Source of the DNA: Candidatus Omnitrophota bacterium
Lineage (GTDB): Bacteria > Omnitrophota > Gorgyraeia > Gygaellales > Profunditerraquicolaceae
Reading direction: 5' to 3'
Length of the DNA: 64,000 nt
Assembly: GCA_030650425.1 (NCBI GenBank)
Contig: JAUSED010000012.1
Location: forward strand, 905-64,904
The notes under the pieces are model-generated. The model searched no databases. It had not been told where the DNA came from and saw only the letters and a program-made list of their open reading frames with translations. Both the position numbers and the translations under genes were made by a program. Below are positions 11,327-19,654 of this stretch, one piece after another (the first letter of the stretch is position 1; the number at the start of each line of letters is the position of its first letter).

Positions 11327-11342
11327 TAAAATAGGGAGTTCT

Positions 11343-11588
11343 ATGGGCGGCAGAAGCACATCAGACAATTTTAAGAGGCGATTCGGGGATCCCGAGCGAA
11401 TCGAAATAAAGTTTGAAGCTAGAAAATTATCGTCTTCGGAGGAAGCGCGTCGAAATGAAGCGATGGCAACGGCGCATGTTGATGTCTTGAGAAATCTTCT
11501 GGGGCGCGAACCAACTCACGATGAGATTATTTGCAAAGTAGATATCTCGAAGAAATTGAGAAAGAAATATCATGAAGAAAGTCATTAG
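11343..11588 (+). CDS. Small hypothetical protein (81 aa)
   Basis: RBS GGGAG; overlaps the start of the next gene. Confidence 0.6.
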   Translation: MGGRSTSDNFKRRFGDPERIEIKFEARKLSSSEEARRNEAMATAHVDVLRNLLGREPTHDEIICKVDISKKLRKKYHEESH

Positions 11589-12417
11589 CCGGTATTTATC
11601 TCCGGAAACATACGAAGCCGTAAAGAGGGATTTTGGGTTCTTGGTCAATAAGATCGAGCAATCCGGGTATGAATATGATTTGCAGATACGCGATAACTAC
11701 ATGAACCTTTATTATAAAGGCAACAGCCTCGGGAAAATATCCTACCGTAAGTCAGAGGATCTATACGAGATCAGGATCCATCGTAAGTTTGCGGAGGGCA
11801 TCGGGTCGGAGATTAATAGGTTTAAGAATTCGCAGGAGAAGGAGTATTTATTATTTACGCTTGCAAGCAAAGAACTTCACCCTTTTTTTAGTACACGAAA
11901 TTTATTATTGATGGGGCAGAGGGTTAAAAAGGTGGGGTTTCAGGAAGAGATCGTTTTTGAGCAGATGCTTATGGCCGATAATGCCAAGAGAGATGATTTA
12001 ATAATAATAGATCGGCAGGTTGTAGATCGGAATAGTTCCACCAAGATGGATCTTCTCGCGCTCAAAAAGAAGGATGAGGGTAAGTATCAATTCTGTATTT
12101 TGGAGGTTAAGCTGGGCAACAATCCTGAGTTAAAAGGAGAGGTTTTTACACAATTGAGTGGCTATATTGCTCGTATCGAGAATAATTTTCAGGCATACAA
12201 GGAATGTTATGAAAAGAATGTTATGCAGAAGCAGAGTATTGGTTTGTTGCCAGCGGAGATTAGCATCACTATTGTCGAAGATGTCCTTGGGTTTGTAGTA
12301 GTCGGAGGATATTCAGGGCTGGGAGAGCAAAGCATAAAAGAACTTAAGGGCAAGCATCTTGACGACATAAAAGTATTACATATGAAAAATGTGATTGACC
12401 TTAGCAGGGCTAAATAA
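11572..12417 (+). CDS. PD-(D/E)XK superfamily nuclease-like protein
   Basis: IIIDRQ...KMDLLAL...ILEVKLGNN...QLSGY (D...ExK and Q..Y motifs as in NucS/Mrr-like nucleases). Confidence 0.7.
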   Translation: MKKVISRYLSPETYEAVKRDFGFLVNKIEQSGYEYDLQIRDNYMNLYYKGNSLGKISYRKSEDLYEIRIHRKFAEGIGSEINRFKNSQEKEYLLFTLASKELHPFFSTRNLLLMGQRVKKVGFQEEIVFEQMLMADNAKRDDLIIIDRQVVDRNSSTKMDLLALKKKDEGKYQFCILEVKLGNNPELKGEVFTQLSGYIARIENNFQAYKECYEKNVMQKQSIGLLPAEISITIVEDVLGFVVVGGYSGLGEQSIKELKGKHLDDIKVLHMKNVIDLSRAK

Positions 12418-13718
12418 TGAACATAGTAATTCACCGTGGCACAAAAGAAATCGGTGGCACATGCGTCGAGTTGACGACCAATAAGTTTCGGATAATCGTC
12501 GACCTTGGCATTCCTCTGGTATCAGATAGAAAAGACCAGCCCTTCGACAGCAAGGTACTGGAGGGGAAGTCAGTCAAACAGCTATTAGGCTTAGGCGTGC
12601 TACCTGCCGTCACTGGACTGTATGTCGGGGATGAGCCGCGTGTTGACGCTGTCTTAATTTCTCATTCGCATCTCGATCATTATGGTTTGCTTCGGTATGT
12701 CCATCCGGATATTCCAATATATCTTAGCGAGGGGGCAAGGGAACTGATCAAAGTTTCCGATATCTTTACCCCTTACCGGACAGGCGACTTGACCGTTCGC
12801 ATTGTGGGTAATGGCAAAAAGTTCAAGGTGGGCGGCTTTGAGATTACCGCGTTTCTTGTCGACCATTCGGCTTTTGACGCCTTGGCGTTTATGATCGAGG
12901 CCGACAAGGCAAGGGTGTTTTATTCCGGTGATTTCAGAGGCCATGGGCGAAAAAGCGCGCTTTTTACAAGAATTATTGAATCTCCACCGAAGGACATAGA
13001 TTGCCTATTGATGGAAGGCTCAATGCTTGGCAGAGACGAGCAGATTTATAAGGACGAGATAGCGGTTGAGAAAGGCATTAAGGATGTTTTGGAGAATAAG
13101 AGCAATATCGCCTTTCTTTTTGCTTCCTCGCAGAATATTGATCGATTGGTTTCCGCATATAAAGCATGCCGCAAGACAGGCACGACCTTTGTGATTGATT
13201 TGTATACGGCATTCATTTTACACAGACTTGAGGCTAATACTAAAAGTCTTCCTCAGTTTGACTGGCCGAATGTCCGCGTAAAGTTTTTTAAGTTTCATGC
13301 GGATAAGATTGCAGAGGCTGGGCAGGAGAAGCTTTTGTACTTATTTAACAAGCAAAAAATCGAGATGGAAGAAATTGATCGAACTAAAGAAAAGGTTCTT
13401 ATGATTTTAAGAGACAATTCTTTGTTTCCCAGAGTCATCGGCCATATTCATCCGATTAAGGGCGCCCAGATTATATATTCTATGTGGGATGGATATCTTA
13501 CCGATAAATTTCAGGGATATTGTCGGGAGAAGGGTATTGCGATTAAACAGATCCATACCAGCGGGCATGCGATTCCGAAGGATCTCAAAGCATTCGCGAA
13601 AGCCTTAAATCCCAAAGTCCTCGTGCCGATACACACATTTCATTCTGAACGGTATGGAGAAATGTTTGATAATGTGAAAGTTTTAGAGGATGGGGAGCTG
13701 TGGGAGGTGCCGGTATGA
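12417..13718 (+). CDS. MBL-fold/beta-CASP metallo-hydrolase, RNase J-like
   Basis: EIGG, SHSHLDH (HxHxDH), DHS, SGDFRGHG, HTSGHA, PIHT motifs; TAATG overlap. Confidence 0.9.
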   Translation: MNIVIHRGTKEIGGTCVELTTNKFRIIVDLGIPLVSDRKDQPFDSKVLEGKSVKQLLGLGVLPAVTGLYVGDEPRVDAVLISHSHLDHYGLLRYVHPDIPIYLSEGARELIKVSDIFTPYRTGDLTVRIVGNGKKFKVGGFEITAFLVDHSAFDALAFMIEADKARVFYSGDFRGHGRKSALFTRIIESPPKDIDCLLMEGSMLGRDEQIYKDEIAVEKGIKDVLENKSNIAFLFASSQNIDRLVSAYKACRKTGTTFVIDLYTAFILHRLEANTKSLPQFDWPNVRVKFFKFHADKIAEAGQEKLLYLFNKQKIEMEEIDRTKEKVLMILRDNSLFPRVIGHIHPIKGAQIIYSMWDGYLTDKFQGYCREKGIAIKQIHTSGHAIPKDLKAFAKALNPKVLVPIHTFHSERYGEMFDNVKVLEDGELWEVPV

Positions 13719-14248
13719 GGCGGCGTGATATTTTCTCTAAAGATGACGGTAAGAATGATATTAAAAAGCGATTGAATGCTTGGATCGAAAAACAGAAATT
13801 GACTGATGAAGAAAAAAATAAGATGTTGGAGGCTGTTCTTAACCAGCGGAAGAATATTTATCTTGTCAGGGAGACCGCGAATAAAGCAGGGCTTGGGTTG
13901 ATAAGATTTATTAATAACAAGGCATTGGAGCTGTATTTTGATATTTTAAACAAGGATAAGAGCGTTGGGTATATTTCGAAGGGTTGGGATGATCCCGGGT
14001 TTAGAGTGGGAGAGTATTTCGAAATGGACAAAAAAGACCCCGCCTTTAAAGAAAAGTTTTATAAGGTACATCAGCTTTGTTCGGGAAATTTGATTAGTGT
14101 AGGTGTGTCCGAAAAATTGCCGGGTAAAGTTGGAGTAAGTTTAGAGATTGGTATTTACGCGGATGGGTTTACCGAGAAGGTCTTGAAGAGTGCTGTTGAT
14201 ACAATGGAATCAACGATGTGTAAGATTAAGTCCACGATCGATATGTGA
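13715..14248 (+). CDS. Hypothetical protein (177 aa)
   Basis: GGAGG at 13703 and ATGA overlap with the MBL stop make 13715 the likely start. Confidence 0.7.
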   Translation: MRRRDIFSKDDGKNDIKKRLNAWIEKQKLTDEEKNKMLEAVLNQRKNIYLVRETANKAGLGLIRFINNKALELYFDILNKDKSVGYISKGWDDPGFRVGEYFEMDKKDPAFKEKFYKVHQLCSGNLISVGVSEKLPGKVGVSLEIGIYADGFTEKVLKSAVDTMESTMCKIKSTIDM

Positions 14249-14647
14249 TCGTTGTTCTTCGGTGTTCTCAAGATGGGCAATCTTAAGCAGGGTTTTGCCG
14301 GAGAATCGTTTGATGAGGTTTTGGTCTTCAGTGGTTTTCAGGCTGGATATAAGGTCAGCTGGGATCTTATCGAGAATGGTCATAAGCTGGGATACTCGGG
14401 CCCGGGTGACGCCGAAATGGTTACCAGCGGCAGTTTGTGTTCTTTGAGGGTTTTCTACTAGATATTCCCGAACTTGGATGGCCATGGCTACGATATTCTT
14501 GTAGACTGGTTTGGGTTTTTGGGGTAAACTAGGCAATGGATCGTACAAACTGATGGATGTGCCCTTTCCGCGTCTGCGGTACATCTTCACAAGTATATGT
14601 ATTTCCTTGCACTTAGAGAGGCGTCGCTTGTAGTGTTCTGAGTCCAT
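14210..14647 (-). CDS. HTH-containing ORF at the island end, possibly the C-terminal half of a recombinase-associated protein
   Basis: RTQTAAGNHFGVTRARVSQLMTIL is a ParB-like HTH; starts inside the att remnant; no SD upstream. Confidence 0.6.
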   Translation of the reverse strand: MDSEHYKRRLSKCKEIHILVKMYRRRGKGTSISLYDPLPSLPQKPKPVYKNIVAMAIQVREYLVENPQRTQTAAGNHFGVTRARVSQLMTILDKIPADLISSLKTTEDQNLIKRFSGKTLLKIAHLENTEEQRSHIDRGLNLTHR

Positions 14648-14659
14648 AGTGGGGAGCCA
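14635..14659 (+). other. Degenerate tRNA 3' end, putative attachment site (possibly tRNA-Asn-like)
   Basis: GTTCTGAGTCCATAGTGGGGAGCCA reads as T-loop GTTC(t)GAGTCC + acceptor strand + CCA; no tRNA 5' half upstream. Confidence 0.65.
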
Positions 14660-14763
14660 ATCTTTAGAGGGGTTTATTTTTGGACGAGTTCGTAAGGAGA
14701 GTAAGCTAGAGAAGAAGCCGATAAGAAGTTAAATATTTTAACATAACCAGAAAGGAGGAGGGC

Positions 14764-15474
14764 ATGGGCAAGAGGTTGATTTTTAGTATCTTGTTTGTGT
14801 TGGGTATCGTCGCAGCTGCGCAGGCAGATGAAACAAAGTTTTTACAATTGGCGGTTTTTAATCCTGTTCAGACTGTCCCTGCGGACCAGTCAATCGCAGG
14901 CGCGCGTTTCGGGTTATTCTATACTCTCAACAAGGATGTTTCGGGTTTCAGTTTAACATTGCTAGGTTTAGATAAGACAACCGGTGATTTCAAAGGTGCT
15001 GAATTGTCTTTAGTCAACTGGGTCGAGGGGTCTTTTTATGGCTTGCGGGCAGGTATTGTTAATCGTACCGCTAATCGTTTTGTAGGCCTCGACTATGGTT
15101 TAGTCAATGTGACCGAAGGCGATTTTACAGGTTGGCAGGACGGCATTGTAAACTGGACTGAAGGGTTCTTGCACGGTTGGCAAGACGGGTTCGTGAATTA
15201 TGCCAAAGGCCGGTTCGTGGGATTACAGAGCGGGTTGGTGAACGTCTCTAAGGGAGAATTCTCTGGGGCGGCAATCGGCGCGGTCAATTACACCGATAAC
15301 CAATTCAAAGGTTTTCAGGGAGGTATATTTAATTACGCCGCTGAAATGAAAGGCTTTCAACTTGGCCTGGTTAATGTTACCAAGAAACTTAATGGCTTAC
15401 AGATAGGGTTGGGTAACTATAACGGCAATAAGCAGCCTTTTGAATTCTTACCTATCGTCAACTGGTCATTCTAA
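14764..15474 (+). CDS. Exported G-x-Q-x-G-x-x-N repeat protein (LA_2272-like surface repeat)
   Basis: Signal peptide, about ten G.Q.G.VN repeats, C-terminal PIVNWSF; RBS AGGAGG. Confidence 0.8.
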   Translation: MGKRLIFSILFVLGIVAAAQADETKFLQLAVFNPVQTVPADQSIAGARFGLFYTLNKDVSGFSLTLLGLDKTTGDFKGAELSLVNWVEGSFYGLRAGIVNRTANRFVGLDYGLVNVTEGDFTGWQDGIVNWTEGFLHGWQDGFVNYAKGRFVGLQSGLVNVSKGEFSGAAIGAVNYTDNQFKGFQGGIFNYAAEMKGFQLGLVNVTKKLNGLQIGLGNYNGNKQPFEFLPIVNWSF

Positions 15475-15488
15475 GCAAGTTTAATTAT

Positions 15489-15541
15489 AAAAAATCTAAA
15501 CCCTCTGTGATAGAGCATATTGCAGAGGGTTTAGATTTTTT
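15489..15541. terminator. Long inverted repeat, probable bidirectional terminator
   Basis: AAAAAATCTAAACCCTCTG...CAGAGGGTTTAGATTTTTT. Confidence 0.7.
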
Positions 15542-15552
15542 ACCCTGTTATT

Positions 15553-16107
15553 ATGGAAGGAAATTCTAGCGTGTTAAAACAGGTTGGTTTATTGTTAATT
15601 CTAAACTTGTGTTTTCAGGGTCTTATCTTTGCCGAAGAGAAGGCTAAGATGGAAGATGGGATAATAGGTTCAACCTTTAAAGTCTTAGCTAAGACTTTCG
15701 TATCAGTAGCGGATATTAATAAAATAAAGAAAAATAATATTGATAGATTAAACAAGATGAAAGAAGAGAAGTTTAAGAAACGATATGCTGAGGTTTACAA
15801 GGTTATCAAAGACTTACCTGTAGAATTAAAGATTAGATATGGAATTACTGAGACGATGACTAAGGAGCAAGCAATTAGAAACATAGAGTCTCCGGACAAA
15901 AAAATAATATATGAAATGATAAATTCTATTCCTGACGCAATTATTGCAAACCAATTTAAACAATATCTTAGCGGGAAGAAACAGGAAATACAAAAAAGTA
16001 ACGTCGTTGAACAGATCAATAAATTTTGGAAGAATCTAATAGCAAAGACGAATATGGCGTCTCCCGCGCCAAAAATCAATAGAGCCGGGTTCCGGGAGCA
16101 TAATTAA
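15553..16107 (+). CDS. Hypothetical exported protein
   Basis: Signal-like N-terminus, Lys-rich helical body. Confidence 0.65.
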   Translation: MEGNSSVLKQVGLLLILNLCFQGLIFAEEKAKMEDGIIGSTFKVLAKTFVSVADINKIKKNNIDRLNKMKEEKFKKRYAEVYKVIKDLPVELKIRYGITETMTKEQAIRNIESPDKKIIYEMINSIPDAIIANQFKQYLSGKKQEIQKSNVVEQINKFWKNLIAKTNMASPAPKINRAGFREHN

Positions 16108-16124
16108 AAAAGGAGGGAGTGGTT

Positions 16125-16304
16125 ATGACTACTATAGAAGCGCTAGAGATAGCCTTGTCAAAGGAAGAATCATCAATAGAGTTATATAAGAGTATGCTGA
16201 ATAAATATACAGAAATTAAAGAACTGGTTAATTTTCTTTTGAATGAGGAATACAGACATCATAAACTCATTGCAGACAAGATGGCCGAACTTAAAAAATA
16301 TTAA
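16125..16304 (+). CDS. Small half-ferritin/rubrerythrin-like protein
   Basis: ALEIALSKE..SIELY...EEYRH (E...ExxH); RBS AGGAGG. Confidence 0.7.
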   Translation: MTTIEALEIALSKEESSIELYKSMLNKYTEIKELVNFLLNEEYRHHKLIADKMAELKKY

Positions 16305-16356
16305 GCTTTTTATCAGCATTCCGGGCCACAGCCTGTAATCTGAAACTTCACAACTG

Positions 16357-16395
16357 ACGCTTCGTTCGGTTTAATCTGAGCGAGGCGTTTTTATT
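16357..16395 (+). terminator. Intrinsic terminator
   Basis: ACGCTTCGTTCGG/CTGAGCGAGGCGT 13-bp stem (three G-U pairs) followed by TTTTATT. Confidence 0.65.
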
Positions 16396-16402
16396 GATTA
16401 TA

Positions 16403-16431
16403 TTGACCCTGCATTTTGTTAGTAGTAAAAT
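16403..16431 (+). promoter_or_regulatory. Sigma70-type promoter
   Basis: TTGACC-17 bp-TAAAAT upstream of the kinase RBS. Confidence 0.6.
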
Positions 16432-16451
16432 AGATATTGGAGGAAGGCAAG

Positions 16452-18557
16452 ATGAAAGGGTTATTCGAAGGCCAGTTTGATTATATCTATTTTTTCTACG
16501 GTTTATCTTTTTTTCTCTTAGGGGTAATCTGTTTCAGTATCGGCAAGGCCCGCCTGCACAGGATTCCTTGGGGGTTACTGGGTTTATTCGGCATAACGCA
16601 TGGATTGAACGAATGGCTGGAGATGCTGCAGATTATCTTTGGTAAAATTAAGCCGCTTGCCATATTCAATTTATTTGTCTTAACTATTTCATTTCTTTTT
16701 CTTCTTGAATTTGCCAGAGTCGGGCTCTATCGGATTAAAGGGAAAACCATAAAAAGATGGGTATACCTGCCTATTTTGCTATTGATCGCTTTAAGTTATA
16801 AATTCGGCATAGACAGCTGTTATTTGACAATTCGTTACCTTCTCGGGTTCTCCGGAGCATATTTTGCGGGCCGGATAATCTATGAATTCTACAGAAGAGA
16901 GCTCAAGGATAATCGTTCGCTGGCGCTTTTCAGCGTCCTGATGGCTTTATACGCAGTTTTGACCGGATTAGTTGTGCCTAAGGCGCCATTCCTTCCCGCC
17001 AGTATCATTAACGTCGAAGCTTTCTATCGCACGTTTAGTGTGCCTGTCCAGCTGGTACGCGGAATTATTGCTTTAGGGATGGCCATGATTATCGTCTGGT
17101 CGTATTCGACTACCTCCTTCGATATTAAATATACTCCCCGGGCATATTTTATCCGCCTTTGGCCGACTAAATGGCTGATCACACTGACCATCATAATTCT
17201 CATTACCTCAGGATGGCTATTTACGAATTACTTGGATTACTACGCGGGAATCGGAATAATCAAAAATACCAAGGTTAGAACAGATTCTTCATTAAACAGG
17301 TTAATCAGGGAACTCACCTTATTAAGCAATGTCACTGTTTCAATGAGTAAGGCATCGGTAATCAGGCAGGCGGTCTCGGATAAACAGCCGCAAGACCTGG
17401 AAAAAGTAAAAAACATTCTTAAGCAATATAGGGATAAATACCATGCATTAAGCTCGATACTTCTAGATAGAGAGGGTATGGTTATTGCCTCTGCTATAAG
17501 TGAAGGAATGGCGCAAGAAGTAAACAGGACGCATTCGGGTAAGCCTTATTTCAAAGATGCGCTGCGGGGAGATAATGGCTACTATTTTAAACTCGGCCCC
17601 AAATACAACGAGCGCGAGTACTATGTCAGCTATCCGGTAAAAAATAAGAATGGGAATATCTCCGGGGTTGTCCTTCTGGCAAAAAATATCCAAGCGGAGC
17701 CTATTTTGCATTACCGGCTTCTTAGTATCGCGATTACTTTCTTTGCCTGTTGCCTGGTGATCATCTTTTTTGTTACTTTAAGGCGCAGAGAGACACTTCT
17801 CGACCTAGTCGAGAAGGCGCATGCCAAACTGCTGACAGTTGACCAGATGAAATCGGATTTTATTTCTATTGTTTCGCATGAACTGCGTACCCCGCTCACC
17901 TCTATTAGAAATGCTGCCAGTATTATACTAAAAGGGAAAGTGGCCAAGCTTCCGGCAGGCAGTAATGAAGAAGAGTTGCTGAATATAATCCTTTCTAATG
18001 TTGACCGTCAGGCAAAAATGGTGAGTGACCTTTTAGATATTGCCAAGATTGAGGAAAATCTTATTCCCATTAATTTTGAAACCACGGATATAGTTGTGTT
18101 AGTGCAAAAGGCGGTTAAATCTTTGCAGCCGCAGGCAGAAAATAAAGAAATAAATATGCTTTTTTCTTCCGATTTAAAAGAGAAGATGGTTTCAATCGAT
18201 CCTGAGCATACCCGCAGGATTATCGATAATCTTATTGTTAACGCCATTAAATTTACCCCTGAAGGCGGCTTGATAATGGTTAAGGTCGAGCCCTCCGCTA
18301 AAGGGGTAAAGATTACTGTTTCGGATACCGGCATAGGTATTGCAGCAACGGATAGAGAAAAGTTATTTAGTAAATTTTATAGGTGTTCCAATGCTAAAGC
18401 CAAACAACAGCCGGGCTGGGGCTTGGGCCTAGCGATTACTAAAAGCTTAGTAGAGGCTCAAGGAGGCAAGATAGGGGTAGACTCGAAACTCGGTCAAGGC
18501 AGCTCTTTTTATTTTACTGTTCTTACAACAAGGAAAAATAACGATGACGAAAAATAA
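16452..18557 (+). CDS. Multi-TM sensor histidine kinase with Cache-like domain
   Basis: SHELRTPLTSI H-box, NAIKFT, DTGIGI, GLGLAI; ATG 16452 follows GGAGG. Confidence 0.93.
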   Translation: MKGLFEGQFDYIYFFYGLSFFLLGVICFSIGKARLHRIPWGLLGLFGITHGLNEWLEMLQIIFGKIKPLAIFNLFVLTISFLFLLEFARVGLYRIKGKTIKRWVYLPILLLIALSYKFGIDSCYLTIRYLLGFSGAYFAGRIIYEFYRRELKDNRSLALFSVLMALYAVLTGLVVPKAPFLPASIINVEAFYRTFSVPVQLVRGIIALGMAMIIVWSYSTTSFDIKYTPRAYFIRLWPTKWLITLTIIILITSGWLFTNYLDYYAGIGIIKNTKVRTDSSLNRLIRELTLLSNVTVSMSKASVIRQAVSDKQPQDLEKVKNILKQYRDKYHALSSILLDREGMVIASAISEGMAQEVNRTHSGKPYFKDALRGDNGYYFKLGPKYNEREYYVSYPVKNKNGNISGVVLLAKNIQAEPILHYRLLSIAITFFACCLVIIFFVTLRRRETLLDLVEKAHAKLLTVDQMKSDFISIVSHELRTPLTSIRNAASIILKGKVAKLPAGSNEEELLNIILSNVDRQAKMVSDLLDIAKIEENLIPINFETTDIVVLVQKAVKSLQPQAENKEINMLFSSDLKEKMVSIDPEHTRRIIDNLIVNAIKFTPEGGLIMVKVEPSAKGVKITVSDTGIGIAATDREKLFSKFYRCSNAKAKQQPGWGLGLAITKSLVEAQGGKIGVDSKLGQGSSFYFTVLTTRKNNDDEK

Positions 18558-18924
18558 GAAAAAAATTTTAATTATTGAAGATGATAAAGATATCAATCGC
18601 ACGCTCTGCTTACGCCTGCAAATGGACGGCCTTGAGGTAATTGCTGCCCATGAAGGATATGAGGGTTTCTATAAAGCAATCACCCAGCAGCCGGATCTTA
18701 TTATACTGGATTTAAAATTACCCGGCCTGCAGGGCGAAGAAATTTGTAAAGCGATAAGAAAAGACGAAAAATACGTTTCTTTGCCTATTATTATGCTCAC
18801 CGCAAAAGATAGAGAGTGTGACAAGGTGATCGGTAAGGTAATCGGCGCAGATCAATATATGGCTAAGCCCTTTGATATGGATGAGCTCTTAGAAAAGATA
18901 CACTTATTATTAAAAGTAAAATAG
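18544..18924 (+). CDS. Stand-alone response regulator receiver protein
   Basis: ILIIEDD, PDLIILDLKLP, LTAK, KPF. Confidence 0.93.
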   Translation: MTKNKKKILIIEDDKDINRTLCLRLQMDGLEVIAAHEGYEGFYKAITQQPDLIILDLKLPGLQGEEICKAIRKDEKYVSLPIIMLTAKDRECDKVIGKVIGADQYMAKPFDMDELLEKIHLLLKVK

Positions 18925-18934
18925 GAGGAAAAGA

Positions 18935-19654
18935 ATGGGAAAATTAATTCGGGTTCTTTCAGCTTTAGTCATGAGCGTAATGTTAGTTCCCATATTTTGC
19001 TCGGCTGATATTAACGACGACCTGAATTTAGCCGTCAAAAATAACGATATCAAAAAAATCAACGCATTGATAGCTAAAGGCGCGGATGTGCATGCCGCTA
19101 AAGACGTCAATGGCTGGACTCCCCTGATGTGGTCAGCATCTTTTGGTAAACTTGAAATCGCTAAACTCTTAATAAATAAGGGTGTGGATGTCAATGTCCA
19201 AAGTAATGATGGGGGGACTGCTCTTATGGTAGCCTCATACAGGGGGAATACTGAAATCGCTGAGTTTTTAATAGACAAAGGCGCGCAAGTAAACGTCCAG
19301 AATTCAGACAAATGGTCGCCCCTGATCTGGGCGGCATCTTTTGGCCGGTCTGAAACAGTAAAACTCTTGATTGATAAAGGCGCGGATGTAAAGGCCAAAG
19401 CCTCTGACGGCACTACGGCTCTATGGCGAGCCGCCTATAACGGCCATAACGAAGCAGTAAAGTTTTTGATAGCCGCTGGCGCGGATATTAATGCCCATGA
19501 TGTTTCCAATAGCACGGTCCTGGATGCAGCTGAATTAAAAAACCGCTGGGAGACGTCCCAGATTCTTAAAGAGGCAGGAGCTCAACGAGCTTCAAGCCTC
19601 CTTGGCAGTTCTAAACAAACGTATGGAGCAGAGGAGGATCAAGGGGAGGAATAA
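18935..19654 (+). CDS. Exported ankyrin-repeat protein
   Basis: Signal peptide; about five G.TPL..A...G repeats. Confidence 0.92.
   Translation: MGKLIRVLSALVMSVMLVPIFCSADINDDLNLAVKNNDIKKINALIAKGADVHAAKDVNGWTPLMWSASFGKLEIAKLLINKGVDVNVQSNDGGTALMVASYRGNTEIAEFLIDKGAQVNVQNSDKWSPLIWAASFGRSETVKLLIDKGADVKAKASDGTTALWRAAYNGHNEAVKFLIAAGADINAHDVSNSTVLDAAELKNRWETSQILKEAGAQRASSLLGSSKQTYGAEEDQGEE

Larger units (their letters stand above)
1..14659. mobile_element. Right part of an integrated genomic (defence) island; left end outside the window
   Basis: Dense cluster of R-M, Abi, SIR2 and nuclease genes ending at a tRNA-3'-like sequence (14635-14659). Gene content changes after it. No integrase in the window. 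Confidence 0.7.

Noticed and set aside
14590-14659. Intact tRNA gene
   Set aside because: Only a degenerate T-arm/acceptor 3' part; no D-arm, anticodon arm or matching 5' acceptor strand
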